Of a stretch of 64,000 nt of DNA, positions 38,587 to 50,987 are shown in pieces. The first letter of the stretch is position 1. Each line of letters opens with the position of its first letter. Both the position numbers and the translations under genes were made by a program. The notes beneath the pieces were generated by a model, which was not told where the DNA came from, made no database searches, and saw only the letters and a program-made list of their open reading frames with translations. Source of the stretch: Selaginella moellendorffii (lineage: Eukaryota > Plantae > Lycopodiophyta); NCBI RefSeq assembly GCF_000143415.4, contig NW_003314263.1, forward strand, positions 1,886,749-1,950,748, given 5' to 3'.

Positions 38587-40424
38587 TCAGATTGCAACCA
38601 GCTGTGCATCGTCAAGCAAAAGCTCTTGACAAAACTCTTCGTACCTCACGTCATGTCTGTAGGTGGGCACAAAGAACAGCTTCTGAAGCCTCCGAAGTTG
38701 CTCTTGCAGCAGTTTGTCATCCACATGTGACACAACCCTTTGCTCAAACGTTTGCACATTGGAGAAGAGTGCCCTCTTGTACATGGACACAATATTGGCT
38801 CCCGAAAACCTCCATGGGACTCTCCGCCCCATAGCCAAGTAAACCAAGACGTACATTAGGCTCTCCATCTCACTTGAGAGGCAGTGCTCGTTTCCATCCA
38901 AAACTTGCACAGCGGCAAAGAGCCTGGTAACCCCGGTTCGTTCATCATCAGGGGTGAAACAGCTCACAGCGGAGCCAAAGTCGATTAAGTAATACCTCGT
39001 GTCATTGTAGACGACATTACTTGCCGAAACATCACCATGATATATACCCCTGTCACTGAGGAGCTTGAGAGTCTCCGCAACCTGTTGAAGCATTTTGACA
39101 TACTCTCTACAAGGCCTGTGAAGAACAGGTTCATCAACTGTCCTGCACAGAGGAGTCACTATGTACGTGTGCCTACCAAACCACTTCCCGTGTGCCAGCA
39201 GGGGTAAGATGCCGGATACCCCTTGAACTGCAGACAAAACCTGTACTTCCACTTCCATAACTCGGCAGAGTTTCACCACCACAGCTCCGTCACCATCGAG
39301 CGTGCCGACAAGTATGTGAGAATCCCCTTTGGATGAAACAGCAGTCAAGTGCTGGATGCATCTCCCGTCATCCAGCCGCAGTTCCCGAGTTCCCAGAAGA
39401 GTTACATACCCGTGTACTGACTGGTCTGCATATATCATCTGCAACAGAAGCCTGAATCCGCTGTCATCTGTGGCCTCCAAGTGAAATGCATACTCTTGTG
39501 ACCACCAGAAAGTCTCCTCCCCTCCGGAGACGTCCAAGCCTACAAACTGAATGGCCCGCCGGTCCGCAATGAAGCCGAATACAACTTTCCTCCCTTTCTG
39601 GGTGGATATGATCTTCCTGAGCCGTGCTACAATTTTTCCAACACATCTTTTTGTCCCCGAATCTGCACCATCCAACTCCCAGCTCAACTCTCCCACCATC
39701 ACGGCACATAGCCAGCTTACAACATACTGGCAGCTGGAGAAGATGCAATCTGGCTTATCTTGTGAAAACAACACCCCGCCCTGGCTCGTGTCGAAAAACC
39801 ACGATCCCGGAGCTTGCAGCTGAGCGAAGCCCTGGCTAACCCCTCTCTGCAGCTTCTTCTCACCGTCGAAGCTCAACTCCTGCGCACTGAGCTTCCGCTT
39901 TTTTAAGTGGTTCCCCTCCTCAAAACTGGCTCGCAAACTCTCCTTGAAGGCGTCCAGTTTCCCAGAAACGTCCACCCCGGCAAACGTCTGGACTATCAAT
40001 CCCTCTCGACTATGGTCATAATCTGGCCGAGACATGATGCTTGCACCTAAAAGTTCATCCTTCAGGCCCAGCGTCAAGTCTGTATGCGTAGCTACGCGGA
40101 AAATATCCGCCAGCTTCTCATCAACCATATGGCCAATAACACCTGGGCCCCAAATAAATCCAAGAAATGACAAAGAAAATACGTACCCAAAAAATGGCTT
40201 TGAGAAGCAGCTCCAGGGCTAAGCGGCTGAAGAAGCCCGTCGCGCTGCATTAGCTTGATGAAGAGCGGCGGCACTCCCAATTTCTGGAGCTCATCGTAAT
40301 TGAACATGTTGAGATCACTAACCCGCTCAATCCCCGCTTCTTTGAAGGTTGCCAGACATTTCGCAGTCGCTCTCCTGCCCGCAAACCTCTTCTCAACGTA
40401 CAACTCCACGACGTCGTCTGCCAT
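38587..40424 (-). CDS. Crinkler-like protein: SAM-like header + REase-fold domain + fungal-type (FunK1-like) kinase; exons 40424-40187, 40142-38587, ~597 aa
   Basis: A 44-bp GTACGT...CCCAG intron joins the ORFs in phase 1. Motifs: ATFKEAGIERVSDLNMFNYDELQKLGVP (SAM-like); HLKKRKLS (NLS-like); KPDCIF...VGELS (REase fold); VVVKL, IYHGDVSASNVV, YLIDFG, EMESLMYVL (kinase). Confidence 0.75.
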
Positions 40425-41956
40425 AACAAAGGGAATGATTTAGGGCACATTAACTCACTAATTTACCAAGATAAAAGATATTTAGAAACACTAATGTAAC
40501 AATTATTAATATATAATTTAGATATTTTAATTCAAAATCAATAAAGAAGACAAATAAAAGAGCACCTTCTTAGTTTTGATTAATTTCTCTTTTTTCTTTT
40601 CTTTTCTTTTCCTACTCAAGCACTATTGAAGCAGAAGATGATCATCCAGACAGCATTTTGGCCTCATGCTTCTTGGTACATGACAATGTAGCAAATTATT
40701 TCTTATATTTTGAGATTATGAGAAAATTTGAGATGTAGAAGCTGGTTGGACTCCTATATCTCAAGTGATAGGAACAGATTTCCTTCTATCAAATCTTCCA
40801 GCTAGTTGAACATGGTTATTTACTATATTGCAAAATACTAGGGAAAGTTTTATATGATGTGTCGTTCTCTCAAGAGCATCTTTCCTAAGTTTGCAAGCGT
40901 GGACTTGTCCCAATTGTAAGGCTAAACACCTATGCCCAATTTTACCCTTGTTTCTTTTGCCTAGCCTTTACAAAGAGGTCCCAAAGAAGTGAATAACCTT
41001 GTTGCCAACTTTGACCCCGAGCTTTAACCTGATGTTCGATCATACAGCTTGACCCCCAAGATTCGGCCAGCACAAGAGCACATGATCATTCTCAGCAAAT
41101 AAAGCTAAACTAGATCACCTCCCAGAAATTGCCTGTCGAAAGCGACGCTAGCGGCAAAAAGTGTCGTTCAGTTGGCCTCTCCCTCTTTGCGCGAATCAAA
41201 AGAATAGAAATGGAACGAGGGCCCTCCTTTCAAGTGCACGAGTGAGATTGTAATTCGCTCCAACCGTAGAAAGATATTAGACGTACACGTCTGTGTATAG
41301 GAGGTTGGCAGGGTTTTACCAAGTCTTAGGACCATTAGGAGAGAAGCCGCCATGCTTCCTTCTTCAAGGTACGAGTGGGCTACCACCCGCATTACGTTAA
41401 TTGGCCGTCGCTATTCTCCATCCCCACAAATTTGTCTCCACCATACGAGTTTTAAGTGCTTCCACTCGGACACTTCCAGCTTCTTCCAATTCCTCGCGAT
41501 AAGTGACTAGTTCCCTTGATCGATTCCTTGGACTTTTGGGATGGGTTCTTTTCAATCCTGACTCCGCTGATCTCACACCCAAGAACTTCTCGCCCGAGGA
41601 AGCGGAGAGATATCTTCTTCTTCTTCTTCTTCTCCGTTTTTTTCCTCTCTAGTCTTGGACTATCTCGGGACTACTATACAGCCTGTCTCTGCGAAGTGGA
41701 AGATGTTTAACGGGACTTACGTTTTGTGGGATTGTTTAGCTCATGGGCCCGTTTGGACATACTCACCTAACTTACATGACAACAGTGGTTTTGGTTTTTT
41801 TTTCTTGCGGTTCAAGGTGGTGCTCCACTCTTGACACTGCGTTTAAAACTCTTGCAATGTGTCCTTCCAAGTTGCCTACCTATGGAGAAACTTAAATGAG
41901 AAGAGAAGGAAGTGACTAGAGATAGAGTGTTCTTTTCTTTTCCTCTGTCCTGGATC

Positions 41957-44112
41957 ATGGCATTGCAATCGATGATCTCGAGTGCCTGCCGCGCGGTTGT
42001 GATTTTCTCTTTCCTCGCTTCCTGGAGCTTCGATCTGGTGGTTGCTCAGAATGAAATAACCAAAGTCTACGACTTCCAGGTCAGTTTGCTTAACATGCTC
42101 TCGCCAGTTTCGAGCATCCAGAGCTCATCGAATTGCCACCGCCCAGGTCGTAAGCTCGATGGTGAGGAGGCTGGGAAGAACAAAGAACATTATCACTGTC
42201 AATGGCGAGCTCCCGGGACCAACAATCTATGCCAACGACGGCGATAGGCTTCTCATCACAGTAAGGAACACTGTGAAGTACAAGATGTCGATCCACTGGT
42301 GATGAGCGAGAGCCAAAGTCTCAAAAGTTCCAAAACTTTTTGTGATCTAATGCTTTGTCACAGGCATGGAATCCGGCAATTTAGAAGTCCCTGGTTCGAT
42401 GGCCCAGCGTATGTCACGCAGTGTCCTCTCAAGCAAGGCCAATCGTTCCTCTACAACTTCACCGTGGATTCACACATGGGAACTCTCTTCTGGCATGCCC
42501 ACATCCTGTGGCTTCGAGCCACTGTCTATGGAGCCATCGTCATCTATCCAAGGAGGACAATGCCTTACCCATTCAAGTCCCCCTACGAAGAACAAGTTGT
42601 CATCCTTGGTAAATTTCTCGAGAGAATTGGAGGAGATCATCTCCGCAAGAGTAGATAGATCTAGAGGACAAAGTTCTCACACACAATCCTCTGTTTTCTA
42701 ACAGGGGAGTGGTGGAACAACGACATCCAAGCGATCGAGGAGGACGCTTTGAGGCACGGGGCTCCAAACCAATCGGACGCTTACACAATCAATGGATTCC
42801 CGGGCCCGAGCTACAAGGAATCGGAAGCACAAGGTAAGCCAGAATTGAAGAAAGAATGTCTCTCTCTTTCTCTCTCTGTGTGGATATCATCACTCTTCTT
42901 GTTCTCTCACAGAAGTGTACACCCTGAACGCCATCACCGGCAAGAGATACCTCCTCCGCCTTGTCAATGCTGCCCTCAACATGGAGCTCTTCTTCTCCAT
43001 CGCCAACCATAGCATGACGGTGGTGGAAGTAGACGCCGAGTACACCAAACCTTATATCACGGACACCATCCTCCTCACGCCCGGGCAAACCACCAACGTA
43101 GTCATCACCGCGGACCAGCCATGCGCACGCTACTTCATGTCTGCGGTGCCGTACATGTCGGCGCAGCACGTCCCCTACACCCCCACTGCCGCCACCGCTG
43201 TGCTCGAGTACATCGCCTGCGACATGAAATCCTCCACGTTTGCAACGCCCGAGACTCCGATCCAGCCCTTCTTCAACGACACAAGCTACGCGACTAGATT
43301 TTCCGGGAGCTTGCGGAGCCTGGCATCTTCGCAGCACAAGATTGACGTCCCGCAGACCGTGGACAAGGAGTTTTTGTTCGCTATCGGGCTGGGAATCAAG
43401 CCATGCTCGCCGGGGAGCGCTTGCCGAGCACCAGGTACGCGAGACAATTCTCTATACAATGGACAATCATATTGTCGTTCCAGACAATGGGAACTTCACT
43501 GCCTCGATCAACAACGTCTCGTTTGCTCTCCCGACCAAGATGTCCCTCATGGAGGCCTACTATCGGAATGTCCCGGGGATCTACTCCACGGACTTCCCGG
43601 TCGCGCCGGTCAACCCTTTTGACTACACTGACCAGGGCTCGGGTTCTTTAAAGAATGTGGCTCCCCAGGTGGGAACCAGGATCTCGGTCATTCCGTACGG
43701 ATCCAACGTCCAGATTGTGTTCCAGAACACGTACATTGCTGGGTTTGAGAACCACCCAATCCATCTCCACGGCTATAATTTCTATGTGCTCGGCTATGGC
43801 TTTGGAAACTATGATGTTTCCAAGAGCTCGCACTTTAATCTGGTTGATCCTCCTCTCAGGAACACGATCGGTGTTCCATCCGGAGGATGGGCCGTGATTC
43901 GATTCAAAGCTGACAATCCAGGTATAGAGATCATATTCCTTTTAAAGAGAGTTTATACTTATACGTATGCTGTTTGATCAGGTGTGTGGTACATGCATTG
44001 CCACCTTGAGATCCACACAACTTGGGGCCTTGCCACTGCGATTCTTGTCACAAATGGCGTAGGACCGGATCAATCGATTGTTCCACCGCCGGATGATTAT
44101 CCACAGTGCTAG
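41957..44112 (+). CDS. Laccase (multicopper oxidase)
   Basis: Signal peptide; HWHG, WHAH, HPIHLHG and [12 protein letters not shown] copper motifs; C-terminus PPPDDYPQC*. Confidence 0.95.
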
Positions 44113-44647
44113 CTAGTGCCTCTGATCATCACAGCGAAGATCTTATATCAAGATTTAGTTTAGTTTTCTTTCCCTTCAGGTTGCTTTAAGATGCAAGCAA
44201 GCGAGGGGAATGATTTTAGGTGGGTACATGCAATGATCGGGTGTTTAAACCCAGAGTTTAAAAGAGAAAGTCAAAGAAAAGAGAAAGCACGTTGAGATCT
44301 GTGGACCAACTTCTTGAGTAAGTTCTTCTCAAAGAAGAATTCCATTACCTTACGTATACATACAAGATTTTCGTTGCCTAGTCGTCATCAAACCCAAAAG
44401 TTCTTCCCCAGCAAACCTTCCAACCCAAAGGGCCTGAATCCGAAGTCCTCAGCAAGACTTGAAAAAGAACCACACCGAATAGACAGGTCTTGGGCAAACG
44501 GTACAATAGAACACTAAATCATTTGAAATAAATCTAGGAAAGTTTGGATCAAACGGTCGCAGCATTCCCGATCGTTGAACTCGTGTCAACATTGTTGGCT
44601 GCTTTATAGATTCTCTCGTGTCATGCTATGCTAGAGAAAAAGCTGTG

Positions 44648-46396
44648 TTAAGAAAAAGTAGCAAAAGATTGGACTCTTGGGTCATTATCATCCACTCGGG
44701 TCTCAGAACTTACAAACATATTGGACAAGAGAAGAAATGGAGATGGATTTTTGGGATCCAAATCCATGGCCTCTCCGGCCGCCCGAGCTCCCCTCTGAGA
44801 ATCTCCGTGAAGTTTGCAAGCGGCCAACAGCGTCGACCATGCAAGGCCATAAGACTCAAACGGCATGTTTCTCGCGAGCTCCTCGGCGTCGTCCAGCCTC
44901 TTGACACGTCCCAAGAGATCAATCACGCAGCAGTAGTGCTCAATCCTCGGACAAACTCTAAAATCACCACACATAATGTGGAAGAACTCTCGAGCTCGAT
45001 CGGTGGCCCCAGCGTGGCTGAACCCGGTGAGCACGCAAGTAAACGTAATGTCTCGAGGATCGAATCCTGCAAGAACCATTTTCCGAAAAATATCTACACA
45101 CTCTTTCAAATGCCCGGCTTGGGCATATGCAGTAATTGCAGCGGACCACGTCACAGAGTCCTGTTCTTGCATAGAATCAAACACACTTTTGGCATTAGAA
45201 AGGTGACCGACATTCGAATAAGCCGCAAGCATCATAGTAGATGCCACTGTGTTGTTAGAGGGCACCTTGTCTAGCAGTGATTTTGCCTCGACTAGATGCC
45301 CTCTTGTGGTATATGCGTGAGCAATGCTTGTCCACGCGAGAACTCCGTGGTAAGGCATCTTTTCAAGAACCATTTCAGCACGGTCAGTTTGGTAGCTTGC
45401 GCAGTAGACTCCGATCATCGCACTCCAGGTCACTGCGTTCTTCACAGGAATCTTCTCAAACATCTCTTGAGCGAGGATGGTTTCCCCGTTCGCTCCACAG
45501 GCCGAGAGCATCGCAGTGGAAGAAACTCCATCGTGCTGGGGCATTAGTGCAAAGATCCTGTGCGCGCTCTCCAATCGCTGGTTCTGGCCGTGGGCGGCAA
45601 GGATCGCTGTCCAGGCCACAATGTCGCAATCGGGCATGAATTGGAACGTCGCCAAGGCGCGATCGAGGTGACCTAATTGCGCCCACAGCTTGATCATCGC
45701 GGTGGACGAAACGGCTGTGCGCTCCGGGATCGCCTGGAATATTCGGGAAGCTCCCTCGGCATCTACGGCTTGGGCATATGCCTGGAGCACGGTGTTCCAC
45801 GACGGAATATCCCACGCCGGCATCCTGTCGAACAAAGCCCTGGCGCTTTCCACGTTTGCTGCGTCGGAATATCCCTGCACCATCGAGTTCCACGTTACCA
45901 CGCTGCGACACGACATGCCATCGAATATCCTTCTGGCGTCATCAAGATGCCCACCCTGGGCATATGCTACCAGCATACCAGTCGAGGCAATAACGCACTC
46001 TCCCGGAATCAAATGAAAGATTCTTTTTGCCTCTGCAAGATTCCCTGTTTTGGTGTATTGGGTAACAAGCACACTCCACGTTACCACGTTGCGTTGGGGT
46101 ATCAAATCGAATATTTCATGGGACTCGTCCATATGCCCGTTGTGGGCATATGCCGTGATGAGTATATTCCACGAGAAAGCATTGCGCGAGAAAGCCCCAC
46201 TGTGGAACAGCGCCAAAGATTCTTCCAGGCAGCGGCATTTGGCGTAACTGTCAATGAGGAGATTTGCGAGGTACGTGCTGGAGCAAAAGATTCCGCGGCG
46301 AATGTGAGCGTGGATTTGGCGGACGGAAGCCAACCCTTTGCAGGACCGGACTTGTTTCGCCAAAAGATCCTCGGATTCGTGATGGAGACCAGGCAT
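44648..46396 (-). CDS. PLS-class pentatricopeptide repeat protein with E domain, no DYW; 582 aa, intronless
   Basis: Tandem ~31-aa PPR motifs (..W..++..YAQ.G.L..A..IF..MP); HYCCVIDLLGRVKRLDDAEEL; WSTLLAACKLHGD. Confidence 0.92.
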   Translation of the reverse strand: MPGLHHESEDLLAKQVRSCKGLASVRQIHAHIRRGIFCSSTYLANLLIDSYAKCRCLEESLALFHSGAFSRNAFSWNILITAYAHNGHMDESHEIFDLIPQRNVVTWSVLVTQYTKTGNLAEAKRIFHLIPGECVIASTGMLVAYAQGGHLDDARRIFDGMSCRSVVTWNSMVQGYSDAANVESARALFDRMPAWDIPSWNTVLQAYAQAVDAEGASRIFQAIPERTAVSSTAMIKLWAQLGHLDRALATFQFMPDCDIVAWTAILAAHGQNQRLESAHRIFALMPQHDGVSSTAMLSACGANGETILAQEMFEKIPVKNAVTWSAMIGVYCASYQTDRAEMVLEKMPYHGVLAWTSIAHAYTTRGHLVEAKSLLDKVPSNNTVASTMMLAAYSNVGHLSNAKSVFDSMQEQDSVTWSAAITAYAQAGHLKECVDIFRKMVLAGFDPRDITFTCVLTGFSHAGATDRAREFFHIMCGDFRVCPRIEHYCCVIDLLGRVKRLDDAEELARNMPFESYGLAWSTLLAACKLHGDSQRGARAAGEAMDLDPKNPSPFLLLSNMFVSSETRVDDNDPRVQSFATFS

Positions 46397-48205
46397 CTCA
46401 TTTGCTGTCCCCCAAAAATTTGAAAATCATACCCTTTATCACCCGCAAAACTATTCCATGGATCAGAAATAGAAAAGTGGGAATTTTTTTTTTCAAAAAA
46501 ATATTTGAAACAAGCTTGGCCACCGACTTTATTTTTGCCGATTTTCTTGCATCCAACAAGGGACAAATCACATCCCTGTGAACCCCGTTTCAACAAGCAG
46601 GAATGCAATAGTTTACACTTGAGGTTGAACATACCAATCCCAGCCACCAATCCACCAATCCAAAAACCAGCTAGATTCATCACAGATTTCTTTACGTAGA
46701 GGATAAACCTATCCATCAAAAGCCATATTATCAACCAAGGACCTTTAAGTTTCTTTAATCGCTCCTGGAGCTTATAGTAGTACTATTAGTTTCGTGTTTT
46801 CTCTTGTAAGGAAAGAACTCTTTTCAAGTGATCGCACGCTCGGTCCCAAGAGCTCGTCCTCGAAAGTCGCCCTGAAGGGTCCGAAGTGGGTCAAGACAAA
46901 AGATCCAAGTCCCATTTTCATTGTCATCGGGCAAAGACAAACACGGATCGATCAACACAGCTAGCATGAGAACTTGAGAGCTTCGCTTTTTCCAGAAGTT
47001 GATTTCAAAACTTTCTCATAAGATTCTTCTTGTTGGCGATGATCACGACACTAAAGAATTTGGAGAACCTGGAAAGAGAAGGGGCTCTAGAACGTGAACA
47101 TTCTACCTAAGAACACAGACCAAGTATTTCTTTGGTTTAGAATTCTAATTTTATACCCCACTTGAGAAACACACCTAAACCTCCATCGGAGAACTCCAAA
47201 ACGCTTTGTCATTCTCACTCGGACTGTTGCTTGATTTGTCCACACGACCAACAATCTCGTGGCCACTTCGTGATGCCACGCAAAGTGGTCGTGGAAATGC
47301 GCTTGGTTGGATGGCTCCGTCTTGGCACCCAAAGGTTGCTTGGAGGATTATCTCACGTAAAGACTTTGAGAGGGTCCACGCTTTTTGATCGCGTCATGGC
47401 TCCAAGACCAAATCTTTTCAACCATGCCGTGAAAATGTCCACATTCTTACATGGTTGACACCATTGATAAGTGATTATCAAATGGTAGATTGCATCTACT
47501 CTGACATTGTCCTTAGATATAGCCAATCTAGACAACCTTAATGCGCTCTACAATCAAGTGGGTTTTCAACGGACAGACCTCCAAAGCTTCTAGATTTATA
47601 TCCCATCCAGGCACTTTGGTGACGAGCACGTATATCAGTCTTACGCGGATCCCAGCCGTTGGCTGCGGCGCGCACTAAGGGTGCACCATTTGAGGGCGTC
47701 AACACGGAAGGTTTGAACTCCACCGTTGGATGGGAGGATTTCAAGCGCACCGTCGGATCCGTGCCCATCGGACGGCTTGAGCCAGCCACAAAGCAATGGC
47801 GATGGCGATGGCGATGGCGCGACAGAATTGTTTAATCTAGCTCGACGTCGTGCTTCTTTCCTCCCTCCATTTTCCTGGAGACCCCACTCGTTTTGCTGTT
47901 CGCTAGCCTGTAAGGAGTTGAATTTGCTGTGCCGAAGCATCGAGCACAGCACAGTGGCGTTTTGATTCCATCGTCCGGGATATAAAAGGATCGAAAGCGC
48001 ACAAGGTTTTGGGGGAGAACTAGCCGCGAGTAAGAGGGGAGGAGACGCGAGCTAGCTAAGAGATCCTTGTTTTCTGGCGTGTCAAGCACGTACTTTTGAT
48101 CGCCCTCCTCTTACTCTGCTCGATCGGCTTGAAATCCTCCAAAAGTCTGATTGCTCTGGCACAAGCAGAGCACACAGGAGTGTTTGTAGGATTGGATCGA
48201 GCTCG

Positions 48206-50342
48206 ATGGCCAGGCGAGGGGCAATGCAAGCGAGCTTGGCCTTTTGTTTCTTGTGGTTGGCAATCGGAGCTCAATTGTCCGAGGCAACGCCGCCAAGAAC
48301 AAAGTTCTACGAATTCAATGTAAGAATCCTCTGTTTTTCCTCCATTTTGTCTTAGCTGCAAAACTTTTCTCTTGGTAGATTACCGAGAAGAAAATCACGA
48401 GGCTCTGCAGCACAAAGTCAATCATCGTAGTGAACAATCAATTCCCAGGACCGCAAATCGATGTCGAGGAGGGCGATAGTCTGGAAATCAAAGTAAACAA
48501 CTTCATCAATCACAACATCACATTGCACTGGTAGAACAACACAAAGATTCAAGTGTTCTTCGCTTCTGATGGATGGATTTCCAGGCATGGTATCTTCCAG
48601 AATCGAACAGGCTGGTTCGATGGCCCGGCTTACATCACCCAGTGCCCGATCCAGCGCCAGAGATCCTTCGTGTACAAATTCGATGTCGTCCGGCAGCGAG
48701 GCACGCTGTGGTGGCACGCGCACATCACTTTCTTGAGAGCCACCGTGTATGGAGCTCTCATCGTTCATCCAAAGCAGAGCTTTCCATTCTTGCGACCAGG
48801 CGAGGCGAAACCAAAAGAGCTTGTCGTCATGCTTGGTAAGAACATCGTCAGATTCTAGTTCCAGTCCATGGGTTTCCAGCAATTCATCTTCTCCGTGACC
48901 TCCAGGCGAGTGGTGGAAATCGGACGTTCTCGACGTGATCGGACAAGCCATGCTAACTGGCGCTGGGACGAATCTCTCGGACGCATTCACCATCAATGGA
49001 TTGCCCGGGCCGCTGTATGGCAAGTGCTCGCAACAAGGTAAGAGAGCCGAGATCATCCCAAGCTCCTACTTTCCCTGCCCAAATCTCTCCACAATTCTTG
49101 CGAGAATCACTCCTAGAAGAACAAGGAAAGAATCCCACACAAACTCTCTCTGATTTCGCAGACACGCAAGTCTTCAATCTCCAGCCCGGGACTCGATACC
49201 TCCTCCGCCTCATCAGCGCGGCCATGAACACGGAGCTCTTCTTCGGCATCGCCAACCACACCCTCACCATCGTGGAGGCCGACGCGCAGTACGTGAAGCC
49301 CTTCACCACTCCCTCGCTGGTCATCTCCCCAGGCCAGGCCATCACCGCCCTCTTCACCACAGACCGCGATCCATCCCTCACGTACTCCATGGCGGCGCAC
49401 GCCTTCGCCTCCGCGCCGCCATTCATCCCCTTCCAGAACACCACCACCGCCGCCATCCTCTCCTACGCTTCCCCCCCGCGCAAATCCTTCCCGCGCTTCC
49501 TCCTCCCATCGCTCCCGCCCTCCACCGCTGGATCCGCCTTCTCGGACGCCTTCGCGGCGAAGCTCCGCAGCGCAGATCGCGTCCGCCGCGAGTTTCCACT
49601 CCCGGCATCGCCCGCCGCGGAGAAGTTCTTCATCACGGTGGGTCTCAACGTCCAGAGCTGCCCGCCAACCATGAACCCTAACATCTCGTGCGCCCTCCCG
49701 GTCCCCGGCGGCGGGCGATTCGGCGCCTCCATGAACAACGTCAGCTTCATCGGATCCTCCTCGGCGTTTCTCAAGCAGCACTTCGATTTCATCCACACCG
49801 GAGAGGATCCCAGCACATATACCACCGACTTCCCGCGCTTCCCACGTCCGTACAACTTCACCGCGAGCCCCGCCATCGCCAACCAGAACGCGCCCGAGGG
49901 GACCAAGGCGAGGATCATTCCGTACGGCGCTACCGTGGAGGTGGTGCTCCAGGGGACGACGCTCCTGGCGCCCGAGAACCATCCCATTCACTTGCATGGC
50001 TTTGATTTCTACGTGCTGGCCACCGGGAGGGGGAATTTCAATCGGACCCGCGACTCGCCGGCGTTCAACCTGGTAGATCCGCCGCTGAGGAACACCATCT
50101 CGGTGCCGGCAGCTGGCTGGGCGGTGATCAGATTCGTCGCGGACAACCCAGGTGAGTTTGATCGCGAGTTCTTTCGTGGGATGATCGTCTCTCTTCTTCT
50201 CGTGCTGCCAGGGACTTGGGTGTTTCATTGTCACTTGGATTTGCATTCTTTGACGGGGCTCGATACCGTGTTTATTGTGGAGGACGGTGCCGAGGAGTGG
50301 CAGCGCTTGGAGCCACCGCCCAAGGATCTGCCGCCTTGCTGA
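48206..50342 (+). CDS. Laccase (multicopper oxidase)
   Basis: Signal peptide; [30 protein letters not shown]; [17 protein letters not shown] at ~47981. Confidence 0.95.
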
Positions 50343-50987
50343 TTGCTCGCTTGTTTGTACAAAGACCACAACCAGCCCTGGAGAGGTTAGCGGTCGATCG
50401 ATCGATTGATTGTTTGATAGAGTCATACACCACAGTCCCCACAAACGTGGGGGCTTATAGTCGAAAAAGCCCAAGAACAGGGACAAAGGGAAGATTTAAA
50501 AGGAATTGGAGTTTTGTTTTGGAATCTCAAGTTCGAATAATAAAGTGGGTGTTTTTGTAAATTGATTCTAGAGAACTCTATGCTTAGAAGGCCCCTTCGG
50601 TCGGATTGGGGGATGAGATGCGGCTTTCTTGAATTCTTTTCCTTCGGCATTTGCCTGGAAGGGGCATGCGCAATTTGGGCATTTCACGCAAGAAAGTTCA
50701 TGCGTGTCAACGTGGTTCATGGAGGCAATGCAATCACAGCACAGCTTGTCATGATTGTGAAGATCTCGTCTACAGCGAAAGAGTTGTGCACGTAAATTTG
50801 CCAAGTTTGCTTGCTTTCCATTTCGTTATCTTTGCTTGCAGTTTCTTCGTTTCCGCGTGATTGAAAAGATCTTCGTTTGCAAGTATTTCTTTATTGTGGT
50901 CCGTTTGACAATCTTTGTTTCTGTGCTTGAGGGTCCAAAGCAAACTTAACAAGAAAAATCGGATGGGAGAATGTGTGTGGTAACTCT

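Noticed and set aside
40600-41600. Short ORFs between the CRN-like gene and laccase 1
   Set aside because: No recognisable motifs or coherent splice structure; probably decayed fragments.
49113-50486. 457-aa antisense ORF (also 24336-25337, 17152-18162, 19057-19680, 45677-46423)
   Set aside because: Shadow or alternative-frame ORFs of GC-rich real genes (laccase, tubulin, F-box, RPL27a, PPR).
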